This document shows, one piece after another, positions 1 to 13,367 of a stretch of DNA of 64,000 nt. The stretch spans positions 2,966,201-3,030,200 of the forward strand of contig NC_092670.1 of assembly GCF_964355755.1 (NCBI RefSeq), in the 5' to 3' direction. Numbering within the stretch: position 1 is the stretch's first letter; every line of letters begins with the position of its first letter. The notes under the pieces are model-generated. The model ran no database searches. It was not told where the DNA came from and saw nothing but the letters and a program-made list of their open reading frames with translations. The DNA comes from Antedon mediterranea (lineage: Eukaryota > Animalia > Echinodermata). The position numbers were made by a program, and so were the translations under genes.

Positions 1-2955
1 TCATAAAACACTCTAAAATTACAAAGTTTGAAGATCACATATTAGATATAACATTGAAATAAGCCTATACATTGAGTGAAACGTCCATTTGGTTATAAGA
101 TTAATTTTATAGTAGGTAAATACAAGTGAAAATACTTTAAGAATATTAAAGAGAACATTTCCTATAGGCAAATTCAACAGCAACAGTCACGACCAGCAGC
201 CAATCACTAATAATAAATGTGAACCTCCATATAAGAAATAAATTTATTTAATAATAAATTGTATACTTACTCATTTTGGAATCAGTGGCCCGGACATGAA
301 GAAAAATGAAATATAAAATAATTAACATACAGTAATGACAGTATATAGATATAGAATGCAGCTATTACAGTAATTTAATAATTACAAACTAGTTTTCTTG
401 GTGAGAGAGAGAGAGAGGAACAGCATTTTACAGTAGTTGAAATAGTGAACTTCCCATGGAGAGTGACCACATGATAATGTAGGTGCATCACATTGGCCAA
501 TTAGTGTAGATATGCTAGTTTGAAGTCACAACCAAAGACATTATTTTTGATCATACGTCCACTACACAGTCGCGCATCATGCATGCGTAGAAATGTATTC
601 TGATCGAGAATTGTTGGTTGGTTGGGTTTGGAAATAAAATTAAAAAAAATAAAAAATAAATAAAAAGATATTAAACATCTCACCATGACAGTAAATCAAG
701 AACTAAATAAAGTTTCTTCCTTCAAATAATTGTTTCTTTTGGAAAATATTTGAATACTACAGTATCCAGAGATCCAGATGAACCTTTTTACTAAAGTTTC
801 TTCTTTGCTCAAATCTAATATTACTTATCACTCAATATACTTAAACCATGTGTAGTAGACAACACATAATATTCAAATTATGATTGACAATATTGCTTTT
901 TCACAGGTTTCCCATTCAAAATTATTTGGGCGTAATTATAGATGAAACACTAACATGGGGGCATTCCAAAGTATTTTTGTAATATGGGCGTGACATTTTT
1001 GAGAATATAACTAGCCATATTTTAGAAATAAAAAAGAATACATAACATATATGGCCATGAATGTTAATTATGAAAGTCAAACCAATTTATAAGACTGTAC
1101 AAAAAAATTATTAAAATTGTATGCGTCACAGACAGGCAATGTACATGACTTTTAAGAAGGTTTAGGTATTGTAATATTTCTCCTCATTTAAAAGAAATCT
1201 TAAAATTTGTTTTGTATTATGATGTTGCCAGATAGTTGTTTTAGATAACTGAATGTTAATTAACTCCAAATTTATTAATAAATATGATTTATATGTTGTT
1301 ACAGACGGGATTTTTCCAACGTCGTGGACAGGACACTTTTGTCCAGGTTAAAAAAATTGTATTTTGATATTAACAAAAATAAAATTACATCAGTTTATTC
1401 TTTTATTACAAATCAAAATATTATTCAACCTTTGAAACACTGTTGAAAGTTTAGGTCAAGTGAAAATATTAAAATTCATAAAATAATATAAAATATTATT
1501 TATAAAATTAATTATTCAAAGAGTTATAAAGAGAAGAAATAATTGTTAAATTCATTTATTTAAAAAAACATCATTAATTTAAAAGTTAGGTTTCGTATAA
1601 ACAAATCTTCAAGCTATTAACACATTTAAGGCGATTCTTTAAAAATTGACGTTGGAATTTGACGTCTGAATTTCTTAGTGGATTTCTTAGTTGCACCTGA
1701 AATTTTCTTCTATCCTTGCTTGAATTTAATATTCTTTCTATTTAGTATCTGATTTATAAAGGTTTATGGTTGCAAATTCACAAAGAATGAAATCTACAAA
1801 GTGAAAAAAAATACAAGTTTAAATCTATTGCAATTTAATATCCTTAAGAACAGTTGAAAATTAAGTTTTGAAAATACAGATTTTGCAATCATTACTTCAA
1901 TAAACACTAAATGAGGAAAAAACCCAACCAAAATTTCTCAGAAGTGACAATTATAATTTTTTAAATGAAAATTATGTATGAATATGAAATTAATAAACAA
2001 ACAATTGTAATAAGATATTTGATTATGAACAAACCCCCCTTTTTCTTGAAGTGCCCTTTCAAACTAGACTATAGCCGATATGACAATTTCTTGGCTATTC
2101 TGTATAGCCAGCAGGCAAATTGTACTTTTCTTACTACTAAGTCCTAGGAAAATTTGTCTAGTTTATAAATATTAGTATGTTAAAATATTAAAAATAGAAA
2201 TATATTAATAACATTTAAATTTTGTCTTAACTAAAAGAAGACACATAGATTGTATTTACTATGTATACAGTACCAGTAATAAATGTAATCTTTATGTTAA
2301 ATTTACTTCAAATGATTTATATACAATTAAAAAGAAATATCATATCTATACACGTAACCATACATATGAGGTATCAAAGTGACTGCAATTGAACCTTTTT
2401 TTAAACTATAACATTTAAAAAATCCCCACCTGCACCTTTTTCCTGTCCTTGTTGTTTTTAATGAACTACAATATGGGTTACAGGTAAACAAGCTTTGCTC
2501 TTATGGTCATCCATACTAGCATTTGTTTTTTATCCCTCATGATATTTAAATGGTAAAATAAATTTATACTTGACTCTCTTTTTTATATTGATAGATATTT
2601 TTTTATTTTATATATGGATTTAATTTATATTTGGATTTAAGTGATTCTTCATAATATTTTTGTTTATTACTTTTATATACTAAATAAATTTTGGGGAGGT
2701 CCAACCATGTTTGCATTACTTCACTCTGTAAATTTAATTGCTATGGCGTTGCTTAATCTGTATACAATTTGTTTTAAATTCTAGCTATCAATTTAAAACA
2801 GAACCCGAGATACAATAGATCACCAAAGTAAGAAAACACCTTCAGGAGCCAAAACAATTCCTACTAATAGGCGTTTCCCCGAAACCAAGTTTTGTTGAAT
2901 ACACTACATAAGTTGTTCATTCTATCAGTACACTAAATCAGAAAATTTAACTCAC

Positions 2956-3246
2956 CCTTTCGATGTAACAAAACTCTGGCTTTTGAATTACGTTGTTTTC
3001 AACTGATGCTTCTTCCAATATTTGCTTACTGATTTGACAAACACGATCTTTCTGGTTATAGTTGACCGACAAGCAATCAGATTTGTGGGAACATTCCAGC
3101 AAACAATTTACACGGTTTATATTCTTCAACTCGTAACTCCAACCCTCAAGAGCCTGTGCCTGGATAACTTTATATAATGAATTGGTCGAAAGAACGACAA
3201 TAGGCAGGAGATTAAGAACGACAACCAAAGTTGCAAACGTATGCAT
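2956..3246 (-). CDS. First coding exon of a secreted PAN/Apple-domain protein, probably a PAN+FReD gene continuing left of the window
   Basis: ATG at 3246 starts a hydrophobic signal-like stretch (MHTFATLVVVLNLLPIVVLS), followed by the PAN cysteine pattern CLLECSHKSDCLSVNY..CQI. Ends in a phase-0 donor AGG|gtgagt at 2955, matching the phase-0 acceptor of the first FBG exon in the paralog at 56819. Confidence 0.7.
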
Positions 3247-5045
3247 TGCGACGTTTTGGAAATACGTATTGACAAAATAAACTGTATGATGTGCCTTCAA
3301 ATGCAACTTGTCGTACACCAATATTTGTGGTAACAAGGAACTACTGTACGTTTTCATCTTCTGATGTGCGTATTATAGATGTTCCATCCAAGTATAATAC
3401 AATAGAACGTTGTCTGCACCAATCAAAAACGTGTTAGTAATAATAAGGTGTAATTACATAACAATGTATGAACAAACTTGATGCTTTTTTTCTAATAGCC
3501 TATCAAATTGAACCAATCAAAAACGTGTTAGTAATAATAAGTTATACTGTAACTATGTATGAACAAATTTCTAATAGCCTATCAAATCGAACCATCAAAT
3601 TCATGGAGTTTTTTAATTATATATTAATATAAATTGAAATGTAGCTGGATTATAACATTCTGTGATCAATGTTGGTTTTTTTTAATTATAAATTTTTAAC
3701 AAATAGTGTTTTGGTTCAAGTTTCTCTATTTTTAGATCTTATAATGCCTCTAAGTCTAATTAAAATTATTCTCATTATTAAAAACACGCTCTCTGCATGT
3801 AGAATAATAGCAGCTGCATTATTGTAAATTTAGTATCTTATTTGAAAATTAAACTTGACATTAATTAATTTTCCATATGTTGTTTTCACATAGCTACCAC
3901 ATTATTACTTAACACACTGCACTCTCCTCGCCTCTGCTGGCAGGAAAAAAAACCAACCACCTCACATTTTTTAAATTAAGATGTTGACTTTGGCATTGTC
4001 TAGTTACTGACGTTGAGGTTTAGGAATCAAAAAGTAATATAGTACAATGCAGTATATATGATCTAGAAATGGATATACAGTATATACCCATTATATAGCA
4101 TTATAAGATAAAGTTGTTCCTATTGTATTTCTTAAATCAATATGTGAGTGGATATACAGTACGTACCCATTATATACTGTAGAATTATAAGATAAAGTTA
4201 ATAGTATTAATAGTTAATGTGAGTGTCTATTTTGATTTCATTAATTCTAAAAGCCAGCAAATTAAAAAACAAAATTAAAAAGTCAAGGAAAAATAATAAT
4301 ATAGTGCGCATTGTAAAATGAACTTTTGAAGCATGCAGTCGCAAATGAAAAAGAAAACTGAATCTTGTTTAATATATTTAAATATACATACTGTATATAC
4401 TGTATCTTCATTCTTGTTTTGTTTGTGTAAATATTATAGACGTTTATTATGTTATTGTTTAATATTTTTTAATGTCAGTCGGTTATTTTCTATCATATTT
4501 TGTGTACAGTAGTACATTTACTGCATTTCATTGTAGTCTGGGGAATTGTCTTCTTTTGTAAAGCTTCCAAAGCATGTTAATACCAGTTGCGACTGGAAAA
4601 CAGCGACTTACTGTAGTTGAATATTCTTGCAGTCTCCTGTTGTTCAATTTGTGTAATATTTTGATTTGTGGTGGAAAGAATGTTTAATCTTTAGGATGAA
4701 TAACAATGTTTTCTGGTGGTGTAATTAGAAAGAAGTAAATCATGATTGCAACTTCATCCTCCTTATACATCCCCTGAAAAGAAATTACATAAAACGAATA
4801 ATTAAATATCCAAATAAATCAATCAAAATTCATATTGTAAAACCATAATCGAATTAGAAGCCTCTCCTGGCCAGGCATACCGTATATCGGCCCATCACAG
4901 CTTCAGCTAGTTATAGCCTAGGCCTAGAAAGAAATGTATGCTAACATAACCTAGCATTGCATTTGGTGTTTAGAAAAATGGTTAAAGGGATGGCTCAAGC
5001 TTATGTTTCGCAGCGTGCATGAGGTAGAAACGAGCAAGAATACTT

Positions 5046-5704
5046 CCCATAGCAAAAAAAATTAGTAGATTTAAGTAGTCGTAAGTAGAAATAGCTCTAT
5101 TTTTAGTAGCCCTAATTGTTTTTAAGTAGTCCTTTTTATCTCGCCTACTAAGGATTTTAACTCAACGAGTCAACGATGGAATGACTACTTCCCAGCTATA
5201 TAAAATAGATAGTTGATTAATAGTTACTGGCTATTAATTATTTGTTAATAGTCTATTGATAGGTCATTGGTAGCCCTTGTATAGCTATAATAAGTAGACA
5301 GTAGATAGATATGATACTCATAGATTTCTAATAGCTATCTGATAGTCCATATCTATCTATTGTATAAAATAGATAGTTTATTAACAGTTACTGGCTATTA
5401 TCAGTTTGTTTATGTCTATTAATAGGTTGCTGGTAGCCCTTTGTATAGCTATTATAAGTAGACAATAGATAGATGTATACAAATGTGTTACTCAAAGATT
5501 AAAAATAGTGAAAAATCTATCTAATACTATTAGTGGGGGTTTTGAATTATGCTAATGAGGTAAAACCTATTAGGAACTATCTAAAATCTACCTAATCTAC
5601 TTATTAGTAGGTGCTTAGATAGTTATAGAGCTATATCTATTAAGGCAATAACTTATAAGGCTAGTAGATATAGAGCTATATCTACTAAGACTTTTTGTTA
5701 TGGG
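5046..5704. mobile_element. Non-autonomous DNA transposon, EnSpm/CMC-like
   Basis: Termini CCCATAGCAAAAA...TTTTTGTTATGGG, 2-bp flanking TT, internal repeats of (TAGATA/GTAG)-type units. Confidence 0.6.
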
Positions 5705-6318
5705 TTACCACCCGTTCGATAATCATTTTTGAAATGGTGCATGTAAGTGCACATGCTGCTGACCACTTGCTGTCTTCACATCTAAATGACCTGATTGTGA
5801 CGTAGTAAAATGGTTCGAGAATTTCTACGCAGCATTCAGTATTTGCAAAGAAATTGGTCTAAAAAACACATTTTTCATAAAAAAATGTGCCATTCTAACA
5901 GAGCTTAAATGAATAAAGGAGAAATAAAAGGTGCCCCAGCTTGAACAGCGCTATTATCGGATTTGCAGTTTACAAACTTTGGCTTAGTGCTATTATAATA
6001 TGATGATCAACAAACAAAACATTGATGTTCTTAAACAGCCCTTTTGATCGAGATTTAACATATCCAACATTTCCAGAACTTGGAACCATCCCTCACCCTC
6101 AATATCACTTTCAACACCCACTCCAAGAATCATTTCCGTGCCCCTGTGTTGAACTATAGTATATTTTTGAACAGCTTTTAAAAAATAGTGACCAATAATG
6201 AAATCTGATCTAATAATAAAACTATATTTGACTGTTATAAGACCCTACCTAGTGAGTTTACTGGTGAAATTATTTAAAAAAGAAGTTAAATTTAATTTTG
6301 TTCTTCCTTTTCTTTTAG

Positions 6319-6389
6319 GCTTGAAGCTGTTCATTGTGGGTGTCTTCCTTTGTGTCCTAACCAGCTGGTTTATCCTGAAATATTTCCTA
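6319..6389 (+). CDS. GTDC1: GTDC1/QTMAN penultimate coding exon (copy A)
   Basis: ttttag|G...CCT A|gtaagt. Translates (M)[23 protein letters not shown], matching GTDC1 '[24 protein letters not shown]' as recalled. Phase fits the exon ending GCA AT at 44875. Not in the ORF track. Confidence 0.88.
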
Positions 6390-7375
6390 GTAAGTTCAAA
6401 TCTTATGAGTTCAGAGTTCAACTTGCTATAATTGATTTCAGTAGTTTGGATAAAAAAATTCTGTAGTAATTACAAAATAGTTGTCTACATGTTTCAGAGC
6501 ATGTACAGAATGATATTCAGAAAGACCATCACACTGTGATTGTGTTTTGACAAATTGTAATCTAGAAATGAAATGGAAATCCAGAACAATGGCTTTTCGT
6601 GGATTGTGGGTCGATGATTTGTCCATCATAATTTTGTGTTTTATTATGGGTTTCTCATAATTTTAAGCCAAATCATAAATTTGCCTAATATGTATTTCCA
6701 TAGTGTTTATCTATTTCCATACAAAAATGATATGGCAGCACTGAAATAATTAAATATTCCAATATTGAATTACCTCGACTCTTAAAATCTATTTTATTAT
6801 ATTATATGGTGATGCTATTAAATTACATAAAATGTAAACATATAAAGGATTATTGTCCTTTACCGAAAAACCTGTTTCAATCCTTACTACATTATATAGT
6901 ATTATATGGTGATGCTATTAAATAACATGAATTTAAAAATATTGTAACGTTTTTCCTCCGCCTGTCTCTACTGTGTACTATGCACGTTTTATCGGGTCCC
7001 TTTTTAGCCCGGTAGCAATCTCATTCGTTAGGCCTAGAGCATGGCTAGCCTAGTTATTCATTATAGAATTAAAAAGTAAGGTACTCAGCTTGTCGGAAGG
7101 AGTATGCTCCTTCAAATAAACGGACCACCGGAAGAGTCCCACAACCTAGTTTGTTTTATGGACAGATTGGAAGTTTAATCTCGCTAGGATAGCCTATCAG
7201 GTTCCCAGGTTCTCTCGATCCGTCTAGGTCTCAACAACACGTACATACACTAATTATTGCTATGTAAATGAAGGACTGTGTGATTATGACAGGTAGCGTC
7301 AGGTTCAGTGACAGTGATATTCCGTCGGCTTCATGTACAATGTAAATAGATACTGTAAATCTTCTAATTGTTTTT

Positions 7376-8108
7376 TAGAGTGGGTTAATATTAGAGTAGT
7401 GGGTTACTATTAGAGTAGTGGGTTACTATTAGAGTAGTGGGTTACTATTAGAGTAGTGGGTTACTATTAGAGTAGTGGGTTACTATTAGAGTAGTGGGTT
7501 ACTATTAGAGTAGTGGGTTACTATTAGAGTAGTGGGTTACTATTAGAGTAGTGGGTTACTATTAGAGTAGTGGGTTACTATTAGAGTAGTGGGTTAATAT
7601 TAGAGTAGTGGGTTACTATTAGAGTAGTGGGTTACTATTAGAGTAGTGGGTTACTATTAGAGTAGTGGGTTAATATTAGAGTAGTGGGTTACTATTAGAG
7701 TAGTGGGTTAATATTAGAGTAGTGGGTTACTATTAGAGTAGTGGGTTACTATTAGAGTAGTGGGTTACTATTAGAGTAGTGGGTTAATATTAGAGTAGTG
7801 GGTTAATATTAGAGTAGTGGGTTACTATTAGAGTAGTGGGTTACTATTAGAGTAGTGGGTTACTATTAGAGTAGTGGGTTACTATTAGAGTAGTGGGTTA
7901 CTATTAGAGTAGTGGGTTAATATTAGAGTAGTGGGTTAATATTAGAGTAGTGGGTTACTATTAGAGTAGTGGGTTACTATTAGAGTAGTGGGTTACTATT
8001 AGAGTAGTGGGTTACTATTAGAGTAGTGGGTTACTATTAGAGTAGTGGGTTACTATTAGAGTAGTGGGTTACTATTAGAGTAGTGGGTTACTAGAGTAGT
8101 AGGTTACT
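7376..8108. repeat. 19-bp minisatellite (GGGTTACTATTAGAGTAGT)n, about 38 copies, in GTDC1 intron
   Basis: Direct tandem array with a recurring AAT/ACT variant; inverted copies of the motif at about 8138 and 8359. Confidence 0.95.
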
Positions 8109-8251
8109 TTTACTAATCTTAAATTAGGCACCTGAAAATAGTAACCCACCCCAACTTTTCCGGTCAGCAAATCATACCAAAATAATAAAACAGTATGAAT
8201 AAATAAATTTGTTTGAACTCTAACTTTATTTTGTAAACTAAAAAACACTCA

Positions 8252-8640
8252 ATCCTTCCCACTCCCAAGATTAACATGCATATCTCCTTGTCTTCAAAAT
8301 ATGGCTGCATCATAAACGACCAGTCTTCACAAATGTCATTTTGTCAATAGTTTTTCTGACTCTAATATTAACCCCCATGGGTTATTATTAGAGTAGTGGG
8401 TTATTATTATAGATTGACTTATAAGTGTGGGTTACTATTAGAATCCTTCCCACTCCCGAGATTAACATGTATTATCTCCTTGTTTTCAAAATATGGCTGC
8501 ATCATAAACGACCAGTCTTCATAAATGTCATTTTGTCAATAGTTTTTGTGACTCTAATATTAACCCCCATGGGTTATTATTAGAGTAGTGGGTTATTATT
8601 ATAGATTGACTTATAAGTTGGGTTAATTGGGGGGTTACTA
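8252..8640. repeat. About 190-bp tandem duplication
   Basis: aatccttcccactccc...gggttactattag occurs twice, from about 8251 and about 8442. Confidence 0.85.
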
Positions 8641-8696
8641 TTAGAGTGTTTGTTACTATTGTCCTATACCGAATTACCTCTTACAATCTCTTTTAG

Positions 8697-8872
8697 AAGA
8701 CTATTTATACAATACAGAACAACAGTTATTTAAACATCTACGACGATTCTGCAGAACACCAAATATTGTACGTAACTATGACAGAAGTACACTGAATGAA
8801 ATCACTGCAAAATGTAGCTGGACATCTCTCAAGCAACAATATCTAACATTGCTTTCAAGTCAAGAATCATAA
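8697..8872 (+). CDS. GTDC1: GTDC1/QTMAN last coding exon (copy A)
   Basis: ctcttttag|AA GAC... translates KDYLYNTEQQLFKHLRRFCRTPNIVRNYDRSTLNEITAKCSWTSLKQQYLTLLSSQES*, similar to the GTDC1 C-terminus (EYLYSTPEQL..RLQNFCKRP..FSWAAL). In phase with 6319-6389. Confidence 0.85.
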
Positions 8873-10651
8873 TGGTGTACAGTATCACAATTTTCAAGAT
8901 ACATAATTGGCGTGAATGGTAAATCATGAACTTGTACTACTTTTCAATTGGTATGCACTTGTACTTGTATTGTACTAGCAATTATACCCGTCCAGGTTGG
9001 GGGAGGTTCAAATTTAGTTTAAAACCTTCAGTACAATTCCAATTAATTTGATACGTCTCATAACCCCTCGGACGCCAGTATCTCCCTGTACTCGCCAACC
9101 TCCACCCCTCTTCAATCACATCCCACACTCGGGTGATTAAAAAAATATCCTTCCCAGTACAATTTTCAATTTGAAAAAACCCAACTTTAGCTTTATATCA
9201 GAGGCCAAGAGGATGATGCATAACATGATAGGCCTATGGTTTAGGTACTTTGCAAACTGTGTAAATGAATAGCTGTGTCGTATTTGCTAATGATTAAAAT
9301 ATCAAATTTTAATACAGCTGAATTACCTCTGCCCAAGCCTTCTTTCTCCTCTCCCTATCCCAGTCACAATCAACAAACCTTAACTCCTTTCCAGAACAGT
9401 TCAAATGTAGTAACTTTTCCCAGGTACAATCCCAATCATGTTGTCCTTCATTAGCCCCAAAACGCCAGTATCTCCACCCCTCCCCCTCCCTACACACCCC
9501 ATACTGGGTTTGAGACGTTTCTAGTGCATATTATATTGAGCCATATATCACTCCCAACCCATAACCCCTCAGTGGCAGTTTTAAAATATAGTTTAAAACA
9601 TTTCCAGTAGAGTTTCAGCCATGTTGATAGGCCTACGACCCACCCCAAACTCCCAACCCAAACTCCCAGAGATACTTAAAATTCAATTCAAATTGCTAGC
9701 CTACTACCCTTAGCCCAAGCAAAAATCCCCACCATTCCCTTTACCCCAACTCTCCCTCCCCCTCCTTGTATTCAAGATGGCAGATGATGTTCAAATATAG
9801 TTTAGAACCTTCCCTGTACCATTATGGTCATTTTGATACCCCATATGTGTGCAGTAACAAAAATTTGTATAACTAACAATACATACAAACATCAAAGTAC
9901 AAGCAGATTTATAAGTTAAATTCATACAAAAAGAATTGATAAAAGTTTTGTTTTTGCTGAAAGTGATTTTTGTTTATAATACATTAAAAGTTGAAGTTTT
10001 TCTTAAATTGTGTAGTAGTTTATTTGCTTTTTAATGTTTATATACTTTCACCTGTACATTTGAAAATACATCAACATTCATCTTGTGTTTGCTTATGTCA
10101 CTAATTTCTATAAAAACCAATATAATAAGATATATAATATGTAGGCCTACATTCATTGTAAGTTTTTATTTCATTTTAAATCATTTCAAAACAAGATTCA
10201 ATTTAAAAACTTCAGCAAATACCCATTGAAAATACTCCTAAAATTAGATTAAAAATTACTAATTATTATTAATTAAAATATAGGAAATACTGATTTATTA
10301 TTATCAATTTGGTTTTATTAATTAAAAACAATAATAATAATAATGTTACTTTGTATGTACCGGTTAGCATTAGTTTTAAATAATAAAATTAATAATTTGT
10401 TTACAGAATGACTTGAATATATTATTTGGTATAATATTTAAAAATGATTAATAATTAAACATTCTTTGTTACTATTACGGTATATAATTCAAAATAAAAA
10501 AATTCCATATAATAAATTTTAAACAAATCACAGTTGATATAACAATATATTTGATTATTAATGTTATAACATTTGGATTATTATAATATAATAATTATTT
10601 AATGAAACCAAGAAGAATTGAAATTATTCCATAACTACAGATTCTGATTTG

Positions 10652-10775
10652 TTATGGTGCTCTTTCAACCATCATCACTGTTGTCTTAAAAGATCAAAAT
10701 AGCGATCCCAGTTGATGCCATTGTAATCAGCTGTACCTAGTGTAGGTAAAGCCTATTCAGGTCTGAATCATGAAA
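10652..10775 (-). pseudogene. Degenerate partial duplicate of the FReD last-exon 3' end
   Basis: ttatggtgctctttcaaccatcatcactg...tgtacctagtgtaggtaaagcctattcaggtctgaat parallels 10782-10905 and 53904-54025, with indels. Confidence 0.8.
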
Positions 10776-10781
10776 ACTCTC

Positions 10782-11026
10782 TTATGGTGCTCTTTTAACC
10801 ATCGTCACTGTCTTCTTGAGACTGTTGTGATTATGGAAATGAAGCCATTTAATGCTTTTGTTATCATCTGTACCTGGTGTAAGGTAACGCCCATTCAGGT
10901 TTGAATGATAGCAATCCTTGTACCACCAACCACCTTTCCATCTCTCAGCACAGTTACCACTCCACACATCATTGTCTATATCATACGTTGTAAATTGTTG
11001 ACCATTGTGCTCTGCCAAAGAATCAC
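10782..11026 (-). CDS. FReD gene copy 1, last exon (fibrinogen C-terminal domain, P subdomain)
   Basis: tttag|GT acceptor at 11027. GDSLAEHNGQQFTTYDIDNDVWSGNCA..GGWWYKDCYHSNLNGRY..KRAP*. Confidence 0.9.
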
Positions 11027-11833
11027 CTAAACAAACAAGATATTAGATCATCTTCAGTTTACTAATAAATCTTTAAATTAACATTCATTTTTAAATATTT
11101 GTTTTTCTTTGTGTTATAAAATAAAAGATATTTATATAAAAAGGAACAATAATAATATACAATATACCCTAAAATTCGTAATATATTTTATAATTAATTT
11201 AATTTTATCTGTAAAATTGTATGCAGGCCATAAATTAAATCATAGCACAATTATATAAATAGTTTTTTAAAAATGTATTTTAATATTTTTTTTATTAACT
11301 ATTCTTATATCATAGTTGCTTTATTTCAATATTTTGTTTTGTCAGAGTTATTATACTTTAACAATAAAAGCAATGCATTTAATAATGAAGAAAACACAAG
11401 TTATATGAAACTGTACTAGGGTATACACACACTATGATTTTTATTTTGAATTTTTAGACTTTATTTTGTGAACCAGATTTATCAACTTTGAAGTCGTAGT
11501 GGTCCCTAGTAGAGATGAGTCCATTTAGTGCACATATGTTACCATTGGTCTTAATATGATTTTTGTGTGAGACATACTTTGGTACATCTGAAAACCCAAT
11601 TCTTAAGTAATTCTGGTGATGCACTTTCAGGTCAGAGGTCAATGACCTATTTTTTTCAGGTAATTTTACCAATATCTTTATTTTGTGGAACAGTATTTGA
11701 TGAAATCAGTTCACTATAATATCTCTATGATGAAATGCATCAATTGTTTTGGAAAAATAGGTCACTTAATAACTTAATAACTTTAACATGCGTTGTTATA
11801 AGGTACAAGGAGTGTCATTCCCTGTGTTTTTCC

Positions 11834-12202
11834 ACAGTAACACGCAAAGACAAATCCACCTCGGAAACTTATATCGGACTAACTGAAAATGATTTTAAAA
11901 CATGATACAGAAATCACACCTCATCATTCCGTAATTCACGTTCTAGAAACTCAACTGAACTCAGTAAACATATTTGGACACTCAAGGACAATAACACAGA
12001 CTATACAATCTCATGGCGCATCTTGACATCTACTAAAGCATATAGTAGCGCAAACAAAAAATGCAATCTCTGCCTCAAAGAGAAATTATTTATCATCCGC
12101 CACCCTGAATTATCGACATTAAACAAACGTAACGAACTTGTGTCCGCCTGCCGGCACAGAAAGAAAGCTGACATTCCAAAACATATCACCTGTAAATGCT
12201 AA
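11834..12202 (+). mobile_element. Penelope-like element fragment, GIY-YIG endonuclease C-terminus (Naiad/Chlamys-type)
   Basis: Manual translation: ETYIGLTENDFKT*YRNHTSSFRN..STELSKHIWTLK..CNLCLKEKLFII..TLNKRNELVSACRHRKK; one in-frame stop. Confidence 0.8.
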
Positions 12203-13059
12203 TTCTACAAGTAAATGCTAGGCTCGCGCTAACCGCTCGCCAATTCGCCAATGGCGACTGGAGTCTCCATTTGGCGAAAATAATTATTGCCTCGTTCGCC
12301 AAATTGGCGAAAATACATTTCCAAGCCTAGGCCTAGCCTGGTCGGCGTGACTTCTTATGGGAGCGAGAATTCGCCACACTTCGGTACTTTCTGACTCGGG
12401 TACACTTTTTACCACAACAGCATTTTATGTGACGACGTCACGATCGCCGTGTTCATTTTTTTAGTTCTGTTTAAACATGCGCAGAGCGTGCCTCGATGAC
12501 GTTTTAATGACACACAGTTAATGTGATTGGTTCGTGGCCGGTCGTCGTCGACGTGATGATGAGCGAATAAAATAAAGGGAAGTCCCTATTCTTCGACGTA
12601 GAAAATGAACTTCGAGAAGAAAATGTAAACAGAAACATGTGGACGAATACTTCCGTAAACGAGGCTGTTCTGTTATTTAAAAAGGGGAATTTTAAATTTA
12701 ACAAAGTAATTACCTCAATAGTATAATGTTAACATGTTTAATTTTATTTCCCTTTCGATTATTCTAACCGAAAGTTGCGCTTTAAATTGAATAGCTAAGA
12801 AACAACGTATACTAAAACGGCAACCCTGGCCAAAGCGCGTTTCGGCCGCCTACATAGAATGGGTTACGGCCGCTGCATAGCAAATTCAAAGCTTCTTAAA
12901 TTTCTGTGGTACATTTCTTCCTAACGTACTTGTTTTATATAATAGATTGATAAATATTCCACTTATTAAATAATTTAATAAGTCGGTAAAATTGACGTTT
13001 CGAAGCAAGTATTCCATGATGAGAGGCGACATTTTTCGACATGCCTCGTGTGCGGCGAA

Positions 13060-13367
13060 CAGTGTGGCCAGCGACAGAAATTATGCTAGGTGGCAGCACA
13101 AAATTATGCCAGACACAATTAAGGCTAAAAGTGCACCAAAACAGTGAATAAGAGGGCGGTTTATGTGTATGTTTTATGTACCACAAAGGTGGGAAGCCAA
13201 AAAAAAAAAAAAAAAAAAAAAAAGCTTTTCGGGTTTTCAGCCAAATTATGCTAGATTGTGTACAAATTATGCCAGATTTTTTCGCAATTATGCCAGATAA
13301 TATGCTAAATCGTGGTGAATATGTTGTAATGCTAGACGGCATAATTATGCCAGATTTGGCCACTATG
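13060..13367. mobile_element. 308-bp MITE, hAT- or P-type
   Basis: 8-bp TSD GCGGCGAA (13052-59 and 13368-75); ends CAGTGTGGCCA...TGGCCACTATG; many ATTATGC(C/T)AGA subterminal motifs. Confidence 0.85.

Noticed and set aside
957-2058. DNA transposon with GGGGCATTCCAA / TTGAAGTGCCC ends
   Set aside because: TIR match short and imperfect; no clear TSD.
4612-4773. Minus-strand exon-like segment (ttttcag ... gtaagt)
   Set aside because: Stops in all three frames; could be a UTR exon of the PAN gene, but there is no support without transcripts.
6198-6431. 77-aa membrane-like ORF
   Set aside because: Wrong frame; the real coding sequence is the GTDC1 exon at 6319-6389.
7376-8108. CRISPR array or telomere
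   Set aside because: No unique spacers; it is a 19-bp tandem unit, not (TTAGGG)n; eukaryotic intron context.
6943-8685. Solo LTR (TGTAAC...TTACA)
   Set aside because: Flanks do not match (ATAT vs ATCT), and the right end is the acceptor region of the GTDC1 last exon.
8973-9915. Helitron/Helentron-like element starting ACTAG..CCCG
   Set aside because: Suggestive termini only; no second copy in the window to confirm.
11903-11905. In-frame TGA in the Penelope fragment as selenocysteine
   Set aside because: It falls at the expected Arg of FKxRY (CGA-to-TGA decay), not at a Cys position; no SECIS seen.
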